Below, one piece after another: positions 1 through 13,033 of a stretch of 64,000 nt of DNA. The stretch comes from Phoronis australis. Taxonomy: Eukaryota; Animalia; Phoronida. Under the pieces are notes generated by a model that saw nothing but the letters and a program-made list of their open reading frames with translations, had not been told where the DNA came from and made no database searches. The stretch spans positions 1-64,000 of the forward strand of contig NMRA01000238.1 of the NCBI GenBank assembly GCA_002633005.1, given 5' to 3'. Position 1 is the first letter of the stretch. Every line of letters starts with the position of its first letter. A program made the position numbers and the translations under genes.

Positions 1-452
1 TAATACTGTCCATACCACTTGCTTTGGCACAATATCTTACAAACCACTGTCCAGCATTCGCTGTTTGAAAAGCAACCATGTTAGACTGAGTGAGGTAATA
101 TATGAATATGCGTCTTTTGCAGGTTTTCGGCATCTCTAAATACAGATGATAACATTTAACAACTGGACTGAAACATGGTGGCATACAGTAATGTTTGATA
201 CAAATGTTCCCACGTGAGTGAGGAGCATACAAAGGTAATGACATATCTAAGTTGTGTTAATATTGCTTTTTCGTTATGCAAGATAGGTGATTTTCAGCTT
301 TTTATGTAGGTGTCATTGTCCTTGAAGGTTGTCTTCCATCAGGAAAGTGTTTGTTCCATCAACGCTTTCATTTATAGGCCTAGGTTGTATTTAGTTGTCT
401 ATAGCAAAATGAAACAGCAACAATGTGAAGCGCGAAGAAAAAGAGAGTTTAG

Positions 453-670
453 TAACTAGGATCGGTAGCGGTTTGGGGGCTCAGATCCCAGATCGCGGCG
501 GAATCGTGTTCCCAATTTTTTAGTCCACCGATAGATTTTCTGAACAGAAAGTCCACATCCTCAGTTCCCACAACTTTCGGGCCCCCTGTGCACATACAAT
601 CGCGCTTTGTCCAATTCCCTGAGGCAACATGTTGGGCCACCGCCCTTATGGTATCCTAGATTCGCCAATG
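453..670. mobile_element. Degenerate GC-rich hAT-like MITE relic
   Basis: Right end CCTAGATTCGCCAATG resembles the other hAT-like termini; left TIR decayed. Confidence 0.35.
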
Positions 671-2156
671 TATAGTAAACAAAATACTTGAATGCGATGG
701 ATGATCTTGTTTGAATCTGCTGACAAATAAATTATCATTGTCAAAATGTGGAAACAGAGAATAATAGATTTTTCAATTATTTGATTTTCTTCTAGATCCA
801 ACATTCACCTACTGACAATGAATCTCGATCCTTGTTCACTTTTCAAAGCTCATTGTATATGTATTTGTCACAGGTATTATGCATGTCAACATGAAAACAA
901 TTTTGTCTGAAATGCGTATTTTTGATTGAAGAGTTTTGTATGTAGTATCATCGTGTTTGCAAAGGGATTTAAACTATTCTATTTATTTTAAACAGGTTCC
1001 AAGCAGCTTCCTGTGTTCCAGAAAGTCACGGATAAGAGGAAGAGTTCCCCTCAACTGACGCAGCACATTCAAGCTACTAAATCAAGGACACACTGGTCTC
1101 ATTGACAGCACATGTTAGTGAACATCTTTATCGCTTGCACAGGATCGGTGATAACCATTCGTGCTACTATGCACTGTCTGTAGGTCAGATTAGCCAGAGT
1201 TGGAGGACCCCATTTCATTGCTGTTACACCATTTGAAGCTGCTTGCCAATGAATCACCTTAAATGCAGCATATGTCCCTCTCAGGTCTATGTAACCTAAT
1301 CTGCCTGATAGATCAGTCTATATTTCTTTTATTAAATTGCTACTGATGCTTCTTTAATGCTTTAATGTACCGACATTGTCTGCTTGCTTTGATGTTGGGG
1401 CTTATTATTTTTATGGCATTTGATCGGTCACATTACTAGTTGCGTAACATCCTGGTGGCATAAATGAAAAGTGTTATTCCTCAGGAAGGTGGGTCAAAAT
1501 TATCTGTGTTCCAGAAAATCAGAGGACAGAAGTATCAGTTGTCATGTAATGAAACAACATGAATAACCCAAAATTTATTGTCAGGGCATAAGGTATATGT
1601 GGCACCTTACTGACAAATATCTACAAACTTTGGAATTTAACTTTCTAAAACACTACTTTAATTCATGAAAGTAGAGAGTCCTTATACATTGACTTAATAT
1701 ATCAATCTGCCATTAATTGGGTCCCTTGACCATATTTTTTATAAGATTTCGGAAAAAGGGAATACATTCATAACAAAACAGTGGAGTCGATAACATGACC
1801 AATATTCTTTTTACATAAATGTTCAAGATGAAATCTGAAAAATTGAAAAATGCCGATGTCAGACGATTGACTGTGGGTTTGTTTAAAAGGTAGCTATGCT
1901 TTGAGATTGTGCGTAGATGTAAAGTGAATATTCAAATCCAGTAATAAATTTATTATATGCTAAGCCCTAATTAGACAAGTGAAACTTGTTGTTAATTAAG
2001 TAATAAACTACAAAGAAGATTAACTACACTAGAGCCCTCTTTAAAGATTACCTCAATCAATCAACCAAAATAATCAAATATCTTATCTGCTATCTTTGGT
2101 AAGCCGGAATTTCGACAGAGAAATCACTGTCGACGAAATGCTGCCACAGACACGGA

Positions 2157-2213
2157 CTGTTTCACGGCCTCATACTTGCTATTTTAATAGCAAGTATGAG
2201 GCTGTTAAAACAG
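2157..2213. repeat. Inverted repeat with perfect 17-bp arms
   Basis: GCCTCATACTTGCTATT-TT-AATAGCAAGTATGAGGC at 2167-2202, imperfect extension outward. Confidence 0.9.
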
Positions 2214-3241
2214 CGTAACTTTCATTCTTCACTACAGCGAGCCAATTCCTAAGCGTTTCGGGCTCTCGAGGGAGTCGAAAAAACGATATACCCGCTTCTT
2301 CGCAGCTTCATAGTTCAGACAATCGAAAACGATGCACCGCAATACACCGGCATTCACTCTGCAGACGAACCACTGACGTCGCTGCGTCCTCAGTGGTAGT
2401 GTCGCACTTTAGATACACTGTCACCGTCAGATCCGGCATGTAACCCAAAGTCCAGTAGTTAGTCGACGGAATGCCAAGTCACTAAACAGCGGCGGATCTA
2501 CGTTTTCAGCAAGGGGGGGGGTTTAGGATTCCCGCCAAGGTCGAATCGTAGGCGCGTGGCGCCGAGCGGGGGGAGGTCGGGAGGGGGGTTAGTTTCCCCT
2601 CCAGTGTAAGATATTTTTTTGTTTTTGTAACCAAATAGTGAAATGTCCATGCATCCTGGTAAGTTTCTGGTACTTAACATGTCTCTGGAGTTTTTCTTAA
2701 GATAATTAAAAACCCTTCTAGATTTCGTCACATGAACTTGGCACATAAGTTTCGTGAAACCATATTGTGCACATCCGGGTATGAGTCACGCCACCAGCAA
2801 AAATTTTTGTTGGAACATCTGCTTACAGACATTTTTGTAGCATACGAAAAGTCATATACGAAAAAGTGTGGTGTGTATACAGGGGTTTAGACAATTTCCA
2901 AATATTCAAGAGCATAATTAAGGAGCACCAACGGGGCGTAAAAACTTGAATATCAGATGATCACGTAACAGCAGCCTCAAGTTGTTTAAGAACGAAGACC
3001 TGTACTGTACGTCCGGAAATAAACATGTGTTCTGTCTCGTTACGAGAAAAACTGGCGAAAGATGGTGCTCTCAACTCATAGTCTATTATTAAAAGCGACA
3101 ATAAATAATTGGGTATCACTTCATTAAGCTGAATCACGTTGACAACAATTGAAAAACGTCAAATCTATCAGGAAACAAATCATCTGAAAACAGTTTCACG
3201 AAACCAAAACATCCTGTGCACAGTGGTGAAAAGATACACTG

Positions 3242-3505
3242 GACTAGTTTGCAGAGGGACCAGATGTACACTGAGAGTACACAAAAAGCTGACCTGGTCC
3301 GTCATGAGACCAAGAGTACACCTGTGCTTATTATCCCTATAAAAATAGTCGATCTGTCGCGGGACCAAACAGTACTGGCTGGGATAAATAGTTTTACAAA
3401 GCACACTTTGGTAAAAAAATCACAAGACTAGTTCGCCGAGGGACCAGAAGTACACTGAAACTCAAATCAAGCTGGCCTGGTCCGTCGTGAGACCTAAAGT
3501 GTACT
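3242..3505. repeat. ~185-bp-period direct repeat inside the hAT element
   Basis: GACTAGTT..GAGGGACCAGA.GTACACTGA...CCTGGTCCGTC.TGAGACC at 3242 and 3427. Confidence 0.8.
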
Positions 3506-3559
3506 ATGCAAAAAAATTTGAATTGAAAACTTCTCTCTAAAATTTAAATCCCCAGTGGT

Positions 3560-3875
3560 TACTCATACGTTAGTCCTATCCTTCTGTTGTCTAGACTGCC
3601 GAGGAATTTGTATATCGGATCCAATGATTTACTCGTCTTGGAACCATTCTACCCAGATATCTTCGATATTTGTTCCCAACGCTTGCACTTCGTCAACTGC
3701 TGTGTCAATGAGCTTGTAATCCTCTACAATGTCAGCATCTCGTTTCGCAGCTCAGTTGACACTAAGACCCTTGAGGTTGCCAAGTCCATTCGAAAGACTT
3801 ACATGCGCAACTAAATTTGATCCGTTCATCATGTACTACTTCAAACCTTGACGAAGCATCCCAGGACCTATTTGC
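3560..3875 (-). pseudogene. hAT transposase fragment (THAP12/ZMYM1-like), with stops and frameshifts
   Basis: LKGLSV..KRDADIVEDYKLIDTAVDEVQALGTNIEDIWVEWFQD..IGSDIQIPRQSRQQKDRTNV matches the LS..LQ....D and PR...RQ..R.N motifs of hAT transposases. Confidence 0.65.
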
Positions 3876-3940
3876 ATCTCTTGCAATTTTCGAAATAAAC
3901 GTCCCAATGTCTGAACGCTTGAAACCCGAAGTACTAATAT

Positions 3941-4001
3941 CAAATAAATGCCCATGGGCATGAGCGTTTCATCGGGTGAGCCTTTCTGCGGAAATTCCCA
4001 G
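3941..4001 (-). mobile_element. Solo end of a pogo-like element related to 7416-8747
   Basis: Reverse complement reads TA-CTGGGAATTTCCGCAGAAAGGCTCACCCGATGAAACGCTCATG, matching 7414-7458. Confidence 0.6.
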
Positions 4002-5825
4002 TATAGAAGACAGCAGTGTGCTTATTGCAGGTAGACAGACGGTAGGTGTTGAGGTCGGCACTAGGGCTCCTTAGGAGGACTATTGAACATCGCACGAGTC
4101 TTGCAAGACTTTGTTGTGAAAGAACAGCCTCCCCGCAATTTCTGGTACTGTACACTTTTCGCGAATGCGGTCACTATCTCAATGTGAGTGCCCCCTTGGT
4201 CATTCCTTGTATAGACATAACTTGTTACAGTGTCTTAAAACGGACTTGCGACCAGACCACAGCGCCCGCTACAATAGCAATTCTTCGGAAAAAGAATTTT
4301 TTCAAAAATATTACATGTACATGTACACAATATTACATGTACATGTACACTGTATGATATTGCGCAAGACAACTTTGCTATACATCAGTTACAAACGTGT
4401 GGAGTGTAATAGAATGACACGGCATGACAGATGAGGTAAAAACGTTGCACGTCAATTCGCCTGGATATCAGGGTTGCGGCACCGCAGTATTTCCCCTAAT
4501 CAAATCAAAACATATCTTAGAGTAAAGAAGCTAGTAACCTAAAGAAATCAGCTATAGAACTGCTCTTTCAGCGGTGAATCCATCTAAAACGCTTGGCTAC
4601 TTCAGAAGTGTCGACGGAAGCGCGTGCACAATAAATCCCCGCGCGTTTTGCCGATGAGCCACAAAGACTCAGCAATTCACAATACAAAAAACTATATTTT
4701 CAGAGTGATACCCCTCATTTTTTTTCCAATTTGGTTTACTTGGGGTTTACACACGCTGGCGGTGCCATTTTTGTTTTGCTTGAGACGCTTTTGTTTTTTT
4801 TTAATTTTTGGGTCCTGGCCCGAGGGGGGGGGTTAAACCCCCTGAACCCCCCGTAGATCCGCCACTGCTAAAAACATACAATAAGGTTCAAAGTCAACAC
4901 CCTGGAAACTATGAACCCGGCGTTCTGAATTGAAAACTAACTGAAGGTATGGAGTTACAGTATTCGTTGGTCTGAATGTTTGCATCTCGAAAATTCCACA
5001 ACTTTGAATGTCCACACAAGTCCGAAAGTAATTAAGTTTGAAAGTTAAATGTTCAAACTAGCTTTGAACACTGATTTCCAGCAATAGGTTCTCAGTAGGA
5101 TTTATATGCACGTGCCCGTTTTAAACTACTTCTTGGAAGCGCCAACCCCTCCTCTTTGAAAGGATCCAAATAGTGTTCGGACATGTGCACAGCGCAGTTA
5201 CATTTGTAAACGTTTTCAAATTTCTGTTTACCGCCACTACTTCTTGTTGCTCCGCTGTCGATGACATTGTAGCTTTACTTTAGGCTGTCTCATAGAACCT
5301 CCGGACTAGATTTGAAAATACTAAGCTTTCTGTCGAATATGTGAATCATTGGCGTCTTAGGGCTCCTTTAAAAACATTTTCAATTGTCACAATATTTGCC
5401 TTCGACTTGTGAACCTTCAGAGTTTCAAATTTATACTGATGAACTATGACTCGCAAGCATTTCTACTAACGGAGACCGGAATAATGAAAATACACACAAG
5501 ATATTAATTCCTATCAGCTTATTGTATGTACAAATGTTTTAGACGTCTTGTCCCAACATACTTAAGTGCTAAGTTTAGGATGACAGCTAATCGCTATAAC
5601 ACTAGGGCCTCATTGTCATCCAATTTCAATCTTCCTAAAACCAGAAACGAAACTGGAAAAAATCATTTTCTTACAGCGGGCCTTATTTATGGAACACTCT
5701 CACTTCCGATGCCAAATCTGCATCATCCTTGATAAGCTTCAAATGAATTTTAAGAAAGCAATGTGTTCTGTGTAGCAAACTTTCATTCAGTATCCCCAGA
5801 CCAGACTGTGTATGTGCATACAGAT

Positions 5826-5848
5826 GTGTGTGTGTGTGTGCGTGTGTT

Positions 5849-5918
<70 letters not shown>

Positions 5919-5935
5919 CGTGCGTGTGTATGTGT
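5826..5935. repeat. (TG)n microsatellite
   Basis: Read directly. Confidence 0.97.
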
Positions 5936-7415
5936 ATATTAATATGTCTTACTTTTATTAATTATTTATTGTCTGTTTTATTAAATATTAATACATTATT
6001 TAATCATGTTGTCCTAATCATATTGTCTTACTTTTAGAATCTTCTAATTATTATTTTTCAATATCTATTTTGTTTCACATTTCAGCAGTCTTTCCTTGTT
6101 AATTCCTTGTTCTTCACAGGCTGAATATTTAAATCTTGTCTATTATTTTGTTATTCTGTTAGTTTACTGCAGGGCTCCCATGGAAAGCAGTGTGAACTGA
6201 TGGAGCTGGCCGTGGTTTAGATTTACGACCAGATAATTGACCTTGCTTTTGCGACAATTCCAAAAACTTGGCGAATTTTCGGGCATGATTTTGCCTGTCT
6301 TTTAGGTATGATGAGTTTGGTCTGACTGGGAAATAACAAACTTTCAAGTTCTTTCAAAGCCCAAAAATCACGTCAATTTTGACTAAGCAAGAATTATGAC
6401 CAATTTGTGACCAATTTGATAAAGGTAAGTGATCACAAATAAAAACGTTTGTTTTGTCAGAAAACACAGCTTCCTTATATAGCCATCCACGTGCATAGTT
6501 CCACGATCAATTGCCAATTCAAATTGGGTAAATGTAAAGATATTTGACTAAAAATATTTATGAAATGCTTTAAAGGAAAATTCCTCTCACTTTGTGCTTG
6601 TTTGTCATTAAATTCATCTAAATGCCGATCATGGATTTTACTACATGTAAATGAAATGTTCAGTGACAGCCATGTTTTCTTTCATTCTCAGAATATCGTT
6701 GATGTACATTGTAATTGCCCCAAGTTCAACCATCTTTACGCTTTCCCAGTTTACAATCGATATTTGTGGGGCAAAGATGGTGGACTAACTCGAGTGACCC
6801 GCTTGGTTGTAATTAGCATGAATGGCATTTCAGAGCTATCCATTCCAGCTACTTCCCCCGCATCAAAAGTTGACATGCGCTCTTTCTCAGTATCAATTTA
6901 TTTCTGTTGTATATAATTCACAACCCGTGCTGTAGTGGTAAAATTAGAGGTAAGATGGCACCCTAACTCCACCGTCGTATCCCCTTGCCAGCACTGAACG
7001 TAACTTACTGTGCGTAGGCGCTGCGTTCAAATGACAAAAGGTGGTTGGCTTCGCCTACAGTGACGCTATTTCTGAGATATCTGTCCTGTGTTGTTTCATT
7101 TAAATAGTGCACCGTCACTTTCTCTTGTTGGTGAAACACATAATTTTCAAAATTTCAAAACCAAAAACAGGACATCTGGATCTAGGATGCAACAAAAGAC
7201 AAAGGTCGAGTTGTAAACTGGAAGACTGGGACATAGAGAAGACGTGCAAGGATATATCAAGAAGCATGGACATGTGATGTGTATCCAGTTATGAACACAA
7301 CTGGCTGAGGTATGAAAATATGTCAAAAGAGGTACACGTTACGGCTGGACGCGAGACTAAACCTCAAGAAGAGCGACATAACAGGTCCACCCAAAACCGT
7401 GAGAGTTGACAACTA

Positions 7416-8747
7416 CCGGGGTTTTCCGTAGATAAGCCCACCCGATGAAACGCTCATGTGCGTTTGTTTGGTGTTGCAACTTCTCGTGTCAAGTGTCCAG
7501 ATACTGGGGCGTTTATTAGAATTTCCTTTTAAAAGCCCACTTAGCGTCAACTTTTAGTCACAAAGTCAGTTTTGTGGAGCATTGTTTTAAAAACGAATGA
7601 AGTGTTGCCGAACTATGCGTTTATTAGCATACAATTTTTAAAAACAGTTTTAAATAAATATCAGCCAGAAAACCTCTTAATCTACTTGTATTCAGTCTGT
7701 GTCAGTGTTTTCATCCAGCTCCTCCTCCGAATTTCTTTCCACCTCGGAGTCGCTGAAGGTATCCCGTGACTTGCCATCCATCTCTTGGATACTTGCGTTG
7801 TACCCCATGTGTTCGCGAATCCGGGTGTTGGCCGAATACGGTAGAGACCATTTTTGCTCACCAACAGCTATCATTGCAGCAACATTGAAATGCTTTGATA
7901 ATGATTTCTTGCGGAATTTTCCGCATGGCTGAAGTTACAAATTCCAGGAGTCTCTCGTAGGATGGGGGGCTGCGACATCCTCTCGGGGGTGCAATCCTTC
8001 TCGCCATTTTCAAGCCAAAACTGATACACGAGTGAGAAACAACATGACCGCCGGACCCAAAACATGACTGCTGGTCCTCCAAATAGGACCTACTCACCAC
8101 AAGACTGGATCTACGGGATCAAATGGGACCGCCGCACCAAAAAACATGACCGCTCCACCACAAAGCAGGACCGCCGCAGACTGAACGTGACCGCCGGACA
8201 ACATGTAATTATCAATGTCATTGTGTGATACTGCGGGTTATGACGTACCGGCCAGCTGGCGGCATGAAGGCTGTCGTCAAAATTAGCTTGGTAGCAATGT
8301 GTGCCGAGCTCCATTAGACCCCGAAATTTCACACGCTTGAATTTATTTTTTCACAATACGTGGTGGGAGTATTCAAGCCGAAGTTCATAGACTCTACTAA
8401 GCGACCTTGGGTGCTATCAACTTTGCCACAAGAAGGTCTAGAAGTGTCATGCACATTAATTTTCTTGTTTGGCTGGGCAGATATTGAAAAAATTGCTCAC
8501 ACAATTAACGTTGTTAACAGGTATCAACAGCCCTTTTAAGGATTACCAATCCACCCAGAAGGACCGTTTCACTTACAAAAATACATATCGAGCATCATGC
8601 TGGTATTTACGTAGCCAAAATTATGAATTTCCGTTTACACACTCCCTTTTCCGAATAAACGCCCGGGCGTTTATTGGAGTGGCTAAATTCCTTAAAATTT
8701 TCATTTTCCGAATACACGCCCCGGGGCTTATCTACGGAAAATCCCAG
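7416..8747. mobile_element. Defective pogo/Tigger-type (Tc1/mariner) transposon
   Basis: TIRs CCGGGGTTTTCCGTAGATAAGCCC / GGGCTTATCTACGGAAAATCCCAG, TA TSD; minus-strand remnant WLENGEKDCTP/PPSYERLLEFVTSAMRKIPQEIIIKAFQCC resembles a pogo DDE C-terminus. Confidence 0.8.
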
Positions 8748-8770
8748 TATAACTATGTGAATAGACAAGT

Positions 8771-8819
8771 GAAACGAAAAACAAAACCGTCAATTGCAAC
8801 AATGAAAATGGCATTTATT
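8771..8819 (-). terminator. Likely poly(A) signal of the long twitchin isoform
   Basis: AATAAA at 8814-8819 followed about 25-45 nt downstream by GTTTTGTTTTTCGTTTC. Confidence 0.55.
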
Positions 8820-11375
8820 GAAATAAGCATCAACAAACTACAATTTGCAATATTACTCATTAAAATTAAAGCTAATGGCTGATAATGCAGAATTCACAAA
8901 GACTTGCATTATTCTTGGAACAGCTGCACCTGCCATAGCTATCTAGGCAAAAACAACAAATAAACAGTCCTGCAGTTTCAATAAAAATTGCTCATAAAAG
9001 GAATATTTTATGGTTATAACATACGTTACATAATGTAAGTTTTCTTGCTAACTTCATAAATATGGAAATACATGTACATACAGGTACAATTAACTGACAA
9101 ACGATGGCAATAAAAATCAAGAAAGCACCAGACAGCACTACCATGAGAATTGAAAATGCAATTTTTAAAACTATATTTCCTCAATGTTTATTAGTCAAAA
9201 ACAAAAAATGAATGAAGCAACTTCTGCCTGTAAACTCACAACAGTCTCTTAATATTCCTTACCATGATAGGGCTTGATTTCCATTACCAACAATAAGATC
9301 AAGACCATCAGCTACTCAAGAAAAGGCCTGGAGAAGGTCAACCCTAAAATTAGGAATTCCCTTGACTTGTGTTGCTGGTTCATTCAGGGACAATTCGGGA
9401 TGAGTTACGTACAGTGATATCTTTGAATAATTTAACATGGACAGATTAACAGCAGTGAGATCTGCCTTTAACAAGATTGTAATTCAGTCAACATGGCAAG
9501 AAACTTCATAATTGCTTATGTTTTACTTCTATCCAGATGTAGCACTTGAACTTCCTTTGACACTAATGTATATGCTAGGTATAACTTATTGCAAATAACT
9601 AACATTACACAATACTTCATGTAAAGAACTGGCCACATACACAGTAGGTTCACTTTCTCAATAGAGGCCTGGTCTCAGAGACTAACCTGTCCTCATAAAA
9701 AGCTTGCAGTGAACAAACCAGAGTTAAGTTTAAGTAATTTTAAATAAAATGACAAATTCAAAAGTCTATAGGTTCATATTGTCTGCACACAATACATGAT
9801 TACCAAATGTCTCATGTTAAACTTCAGCTAAACAAAAAACAAAGACCTGTTAACATACCTAGTTATGTTATTATGTACTCCTTTGTCACACAGAGCAGTC
9901 ATTATTGCAACACCCTGCTGACTAGATCACAACAAATCAACATTCATTGCAATTTCTTGATCTAAATTGGCTATCCATAGATTTGACAGCGAAGTAAACT
10001 TTATCAATTTTGAGCAGCAACTTCAATAGACCATTTCAAGCAACAACCCCTGTTGGAAAATTATGTTCATTCGTCCATAGTTGAGCGTCGTCATAGCAAT
10101 AATCTGAAGCAGCTGAGGTGCAATAATTCTACACTTATTTTGCAGACAATATGGCCAACAGGTGAAATTCCATTTTGTTAAATTTATTTACAAAAGTAGA
10201 GACTAAGAACATTTTAGTCTCATAGTTTGCACTGTGTAGATGTTGTAATTAAAAGCAATATATTATGCAAAAGTTCTCATTGCTTGCAAAAAGGTAATCA
10301 GCCATTGAAAAATGAAAAATGACCATTTTGATAATTGTATTTGTCAAAGTAAGTGGAGAATTATCGTAAAGACGACTTGAAAAGTAAAAATGTCTTGTCC
10401 TTGAGGTGGATCATTATATCACTGAAAAACAAAAACAATACATCAATAGAAATCTTGCAATTCAGTAACAAAAACAGGTTTGGGTTGGTCTTAAAAGATG
10501 GCTTCACGGCAATAACATTGGGTAATATTGTAAACCAAAACTGTTGATTTTTCACACTGTCTGGCTTCTGAAATAGAATACTTTGAAAAAAAAAATTAGA
10601 TTACGATCACTATGACCAAGATATATCACGATAAAAATCAGCCAAAATAGATGCGTTAAGTTTTCAGTTTTCTGGTAACAACTGATGAATGGTTTTATTA
10701 ACTCTTTGAACTGATAGAAAATTGGCTTGCCAGAGATGTCAGACAAAAGAGCACCTTCCGGCTCAGCTATTCAGCTTTACATAGGGGTAATCAAAATACA
10801 CAGGACCATCAAGCACAAAATGACAAGATTGATATCTGGATTTAGGCTTGATTTACATGAAAAGAATTCTACATTGACACTCTCACCAGTCGAGATTGGG
10901 TAACTTGACTGGTTTGCTTACCACAAAATCTGCCACAAAGATCAAAGACACCATGCAGTTGTAGGCATTGCCCCAGGCCGCTGATGTAATCATTCTCTAG
11001 ATAATCAGACCCATCATAAACACAGCGGAGTGACGATGGTATTTTCAACTTTTCAGTTTGGAAGTTTTTAAATAGAATATTTAAATAGTTTGTGAAAAGT
11101 ACACGTGATCAAGTTTTTGAAATTTGGAAAGCGGACAAGAAATGCAACTTTTACAACCTAAAGTGTTTGTGTTAAGTTGTCATATGATGTTCCTCGTTAA
11201 TTATGAGGGGTGTGCAATACAGTTGGGCAATTACCAAACCACCAGGCACCACTTGGATTTTGAGGTAAGCCAAGTGTTATCGTACAATTCTTGGCATGAG
11301 AAATTGTTGTCTTCTGGAGTTAAAAGCAAATGGGAGATTTTTAAATACTTTGTTGAAAAGTGATCAACATTGCCA

Positions 11376-11513
11376 TCTTGAGCAAATTACCCATACATGT
11401 GAGTGTCCCATGTCTTGAGCTCAAAAGAAACCCCTATGGGCGGTCTTATCTTGAGCACATTACCCATACATGTGAGTGTCCCATGCCTTGTGCTCAAAAG
11501 AAACCCCTATGGG
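11376..11513. repeat. 73-bp-period direct duplication
   Basis: TCTTGAGCAMATTACCCATACATGTGAGTGTCCCATG...AAACCCCTATGGG twice. Confidence 0.9.
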
Positions 11514-11556
11514 GGCACTCTTCCTTAGTGAGCACTCTTTTGAAAATTCCCAGTAA

Positions 11557-12372
11557 GGGCTGTTCCAGTAAAATCCGTGTGGGAGGGGGGGACGGCAGTA
11601 GAAATAAAAATTCATGGGTGGTGGTCTTCAGAAAAAAACTCAAATTATAGGTGGTCGTTCCTGTAAGAAGTGATGCATTAAAAATGGGTGGTATTTTTTG
11701 ACCTGTTAATGTCGATAGGTTGGTTACTTCAGCCCTAAAAACTCAAAAATAAATGCAATTGTCCTAACTTATCCAAATACAAAAAAGCCCATATTGCCAG
11801 TGAACAGAGTGCAATATGTTCACTAAGCCATTAATCAAGTCATGGGCAACTCGATTTGAGCCAACTGTTTGTCTGCAGTCCTATTGAATTGAAAAGTTAT
11901 GCAACACTGAACTGGTGTTAACACATATAAGAAAATTGATGATTTTTAAATAAAAAGTATGAGGAGTAAGATAAACAAGTTCCAATATTCACTTGACATA
12001 GAAGTATAGAAGAGTTCGTGGAGACAGTTTGAGATTCATAGATCCTTATAAATGAAAAAATGTTCATTGAAATTATAGACACATGGTGAACAGAGACACC
12101 TGGTGGCTGCCAAAAGTATTGCTCACAGGCTACTTTAGTTTTTGACAATATTGGACAAGACAACTAGTTCTTGTCTGTCAGTCATCTAAGTTTTTAACAG
12201 GTCCTCTTGGAGGCAATTTGTTTGCAAGTGTTGGATTTTATATTTTAACCTATTAAAAATAATTAAAAAATTATGGGTCATGGGTTGGAGAAATAAATGA
12301 AAAATACGGGCGGTGGGTATGAAATAAAAGTGCCTTCCCCCCCCTCCCATACAGATTTTGCTGGAACAGCCC
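11557..12372. mobile_element. PIF/Harbinger-type MITE
   Basis: ~34-bp TIR GGGCTGTTCCAGYAAAATCYGTRTGGGAGGGGGG; TAA TSD at 11554-11556 and 12373-12375. Confidence 0.85.
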
Positions 12373-12626
12373 TAAGCTGTTTTACCTCATGAATAAGGGC
12401 TGTTTTTCCAAGAGGTCACACTTTTGGAATGAGGAAGGCAGAGATTACCCAACATGACATGGAGAGTGAAGCTACATTCAAAGGCCTTTCCCACTGTCTC
12501 TGAAGCTTTGGTCAATGGGATCGCTTAACTTTGGTCTTGAATCGAAGTTAACAGCGCAAGTTAACTCCCAATTAAAGCGTCGACGCTTCGCCACAATGGC
12601 AACACTTAACTTCGATGCCATTCCAG

Positions 12627-13033
12627 TTATCGGCAGGGGTCACTGCCTGCATTTGCCAACAGTGGGCAGTGGCTAGAGGAACTACACTGACAAAGGCTGA
12701 GATTACCTGGCATTACAAGGTGAGAGAAACTACACTGACAAAGGCTGAGATTACCTGGCATTACAAGGTGAGAGAAACTACACTGACAAAGGCTGAGATT
12801 ACCTGGCATTACAAGGAGAGAGAAACTACACTGACAAAGGCCGAGATTACCTGGCATCACAAGGAGAGAGAAACTACACCGGCAGGCTCCTGATGCATTT
12901 CTTGCTTCAACCTCATATTCTCCAGAATCACTCTTGACCGCCTCTGCTATTTTTAATCTGTAAACATTTCCGTCCTGGCTAAAACTAACTCGACCACTGT
13001 CCTGCAGCTCCTGGCTCCCTTTAAACCAACACA
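12627..13033 (-). CDS. unc-22: twitchin last identified coding exon: fifth Ig C-half plus repeat-extended tail (or ends at the donor at 12851)
   Basis: CWFKGSQELQDSGRV...DSGEYEVEARNASGACRCSFSLLVMP, then 4x16-aa repeat and TAA at 12627-12629; 3' end uncertain. Confidence 0.8.

Larger units (their letters stand above)
2487..4867. mobile_element. Defective hAT DNA transposon with 5-bp TSD (hAT5-like)
   Basis: TIRs CAGCGGCGGATCTACG / CGTAGATCCGCCACTG, CTAAA on both sides, internal transposase remnant. Confidence 0.75.

Noticed and set aside
870-2044. Possible decayed spliced ORF or Kolobok element (ends CCCTCTTTAA)
   Set aside because: Only faint peptide resemblance, many stops and no matching left terminus.
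6560-6916. 118-aa + strand ORF and its antisense frames
   Set aside because: No recognisable domain or splice structure; probably decayed repeat.
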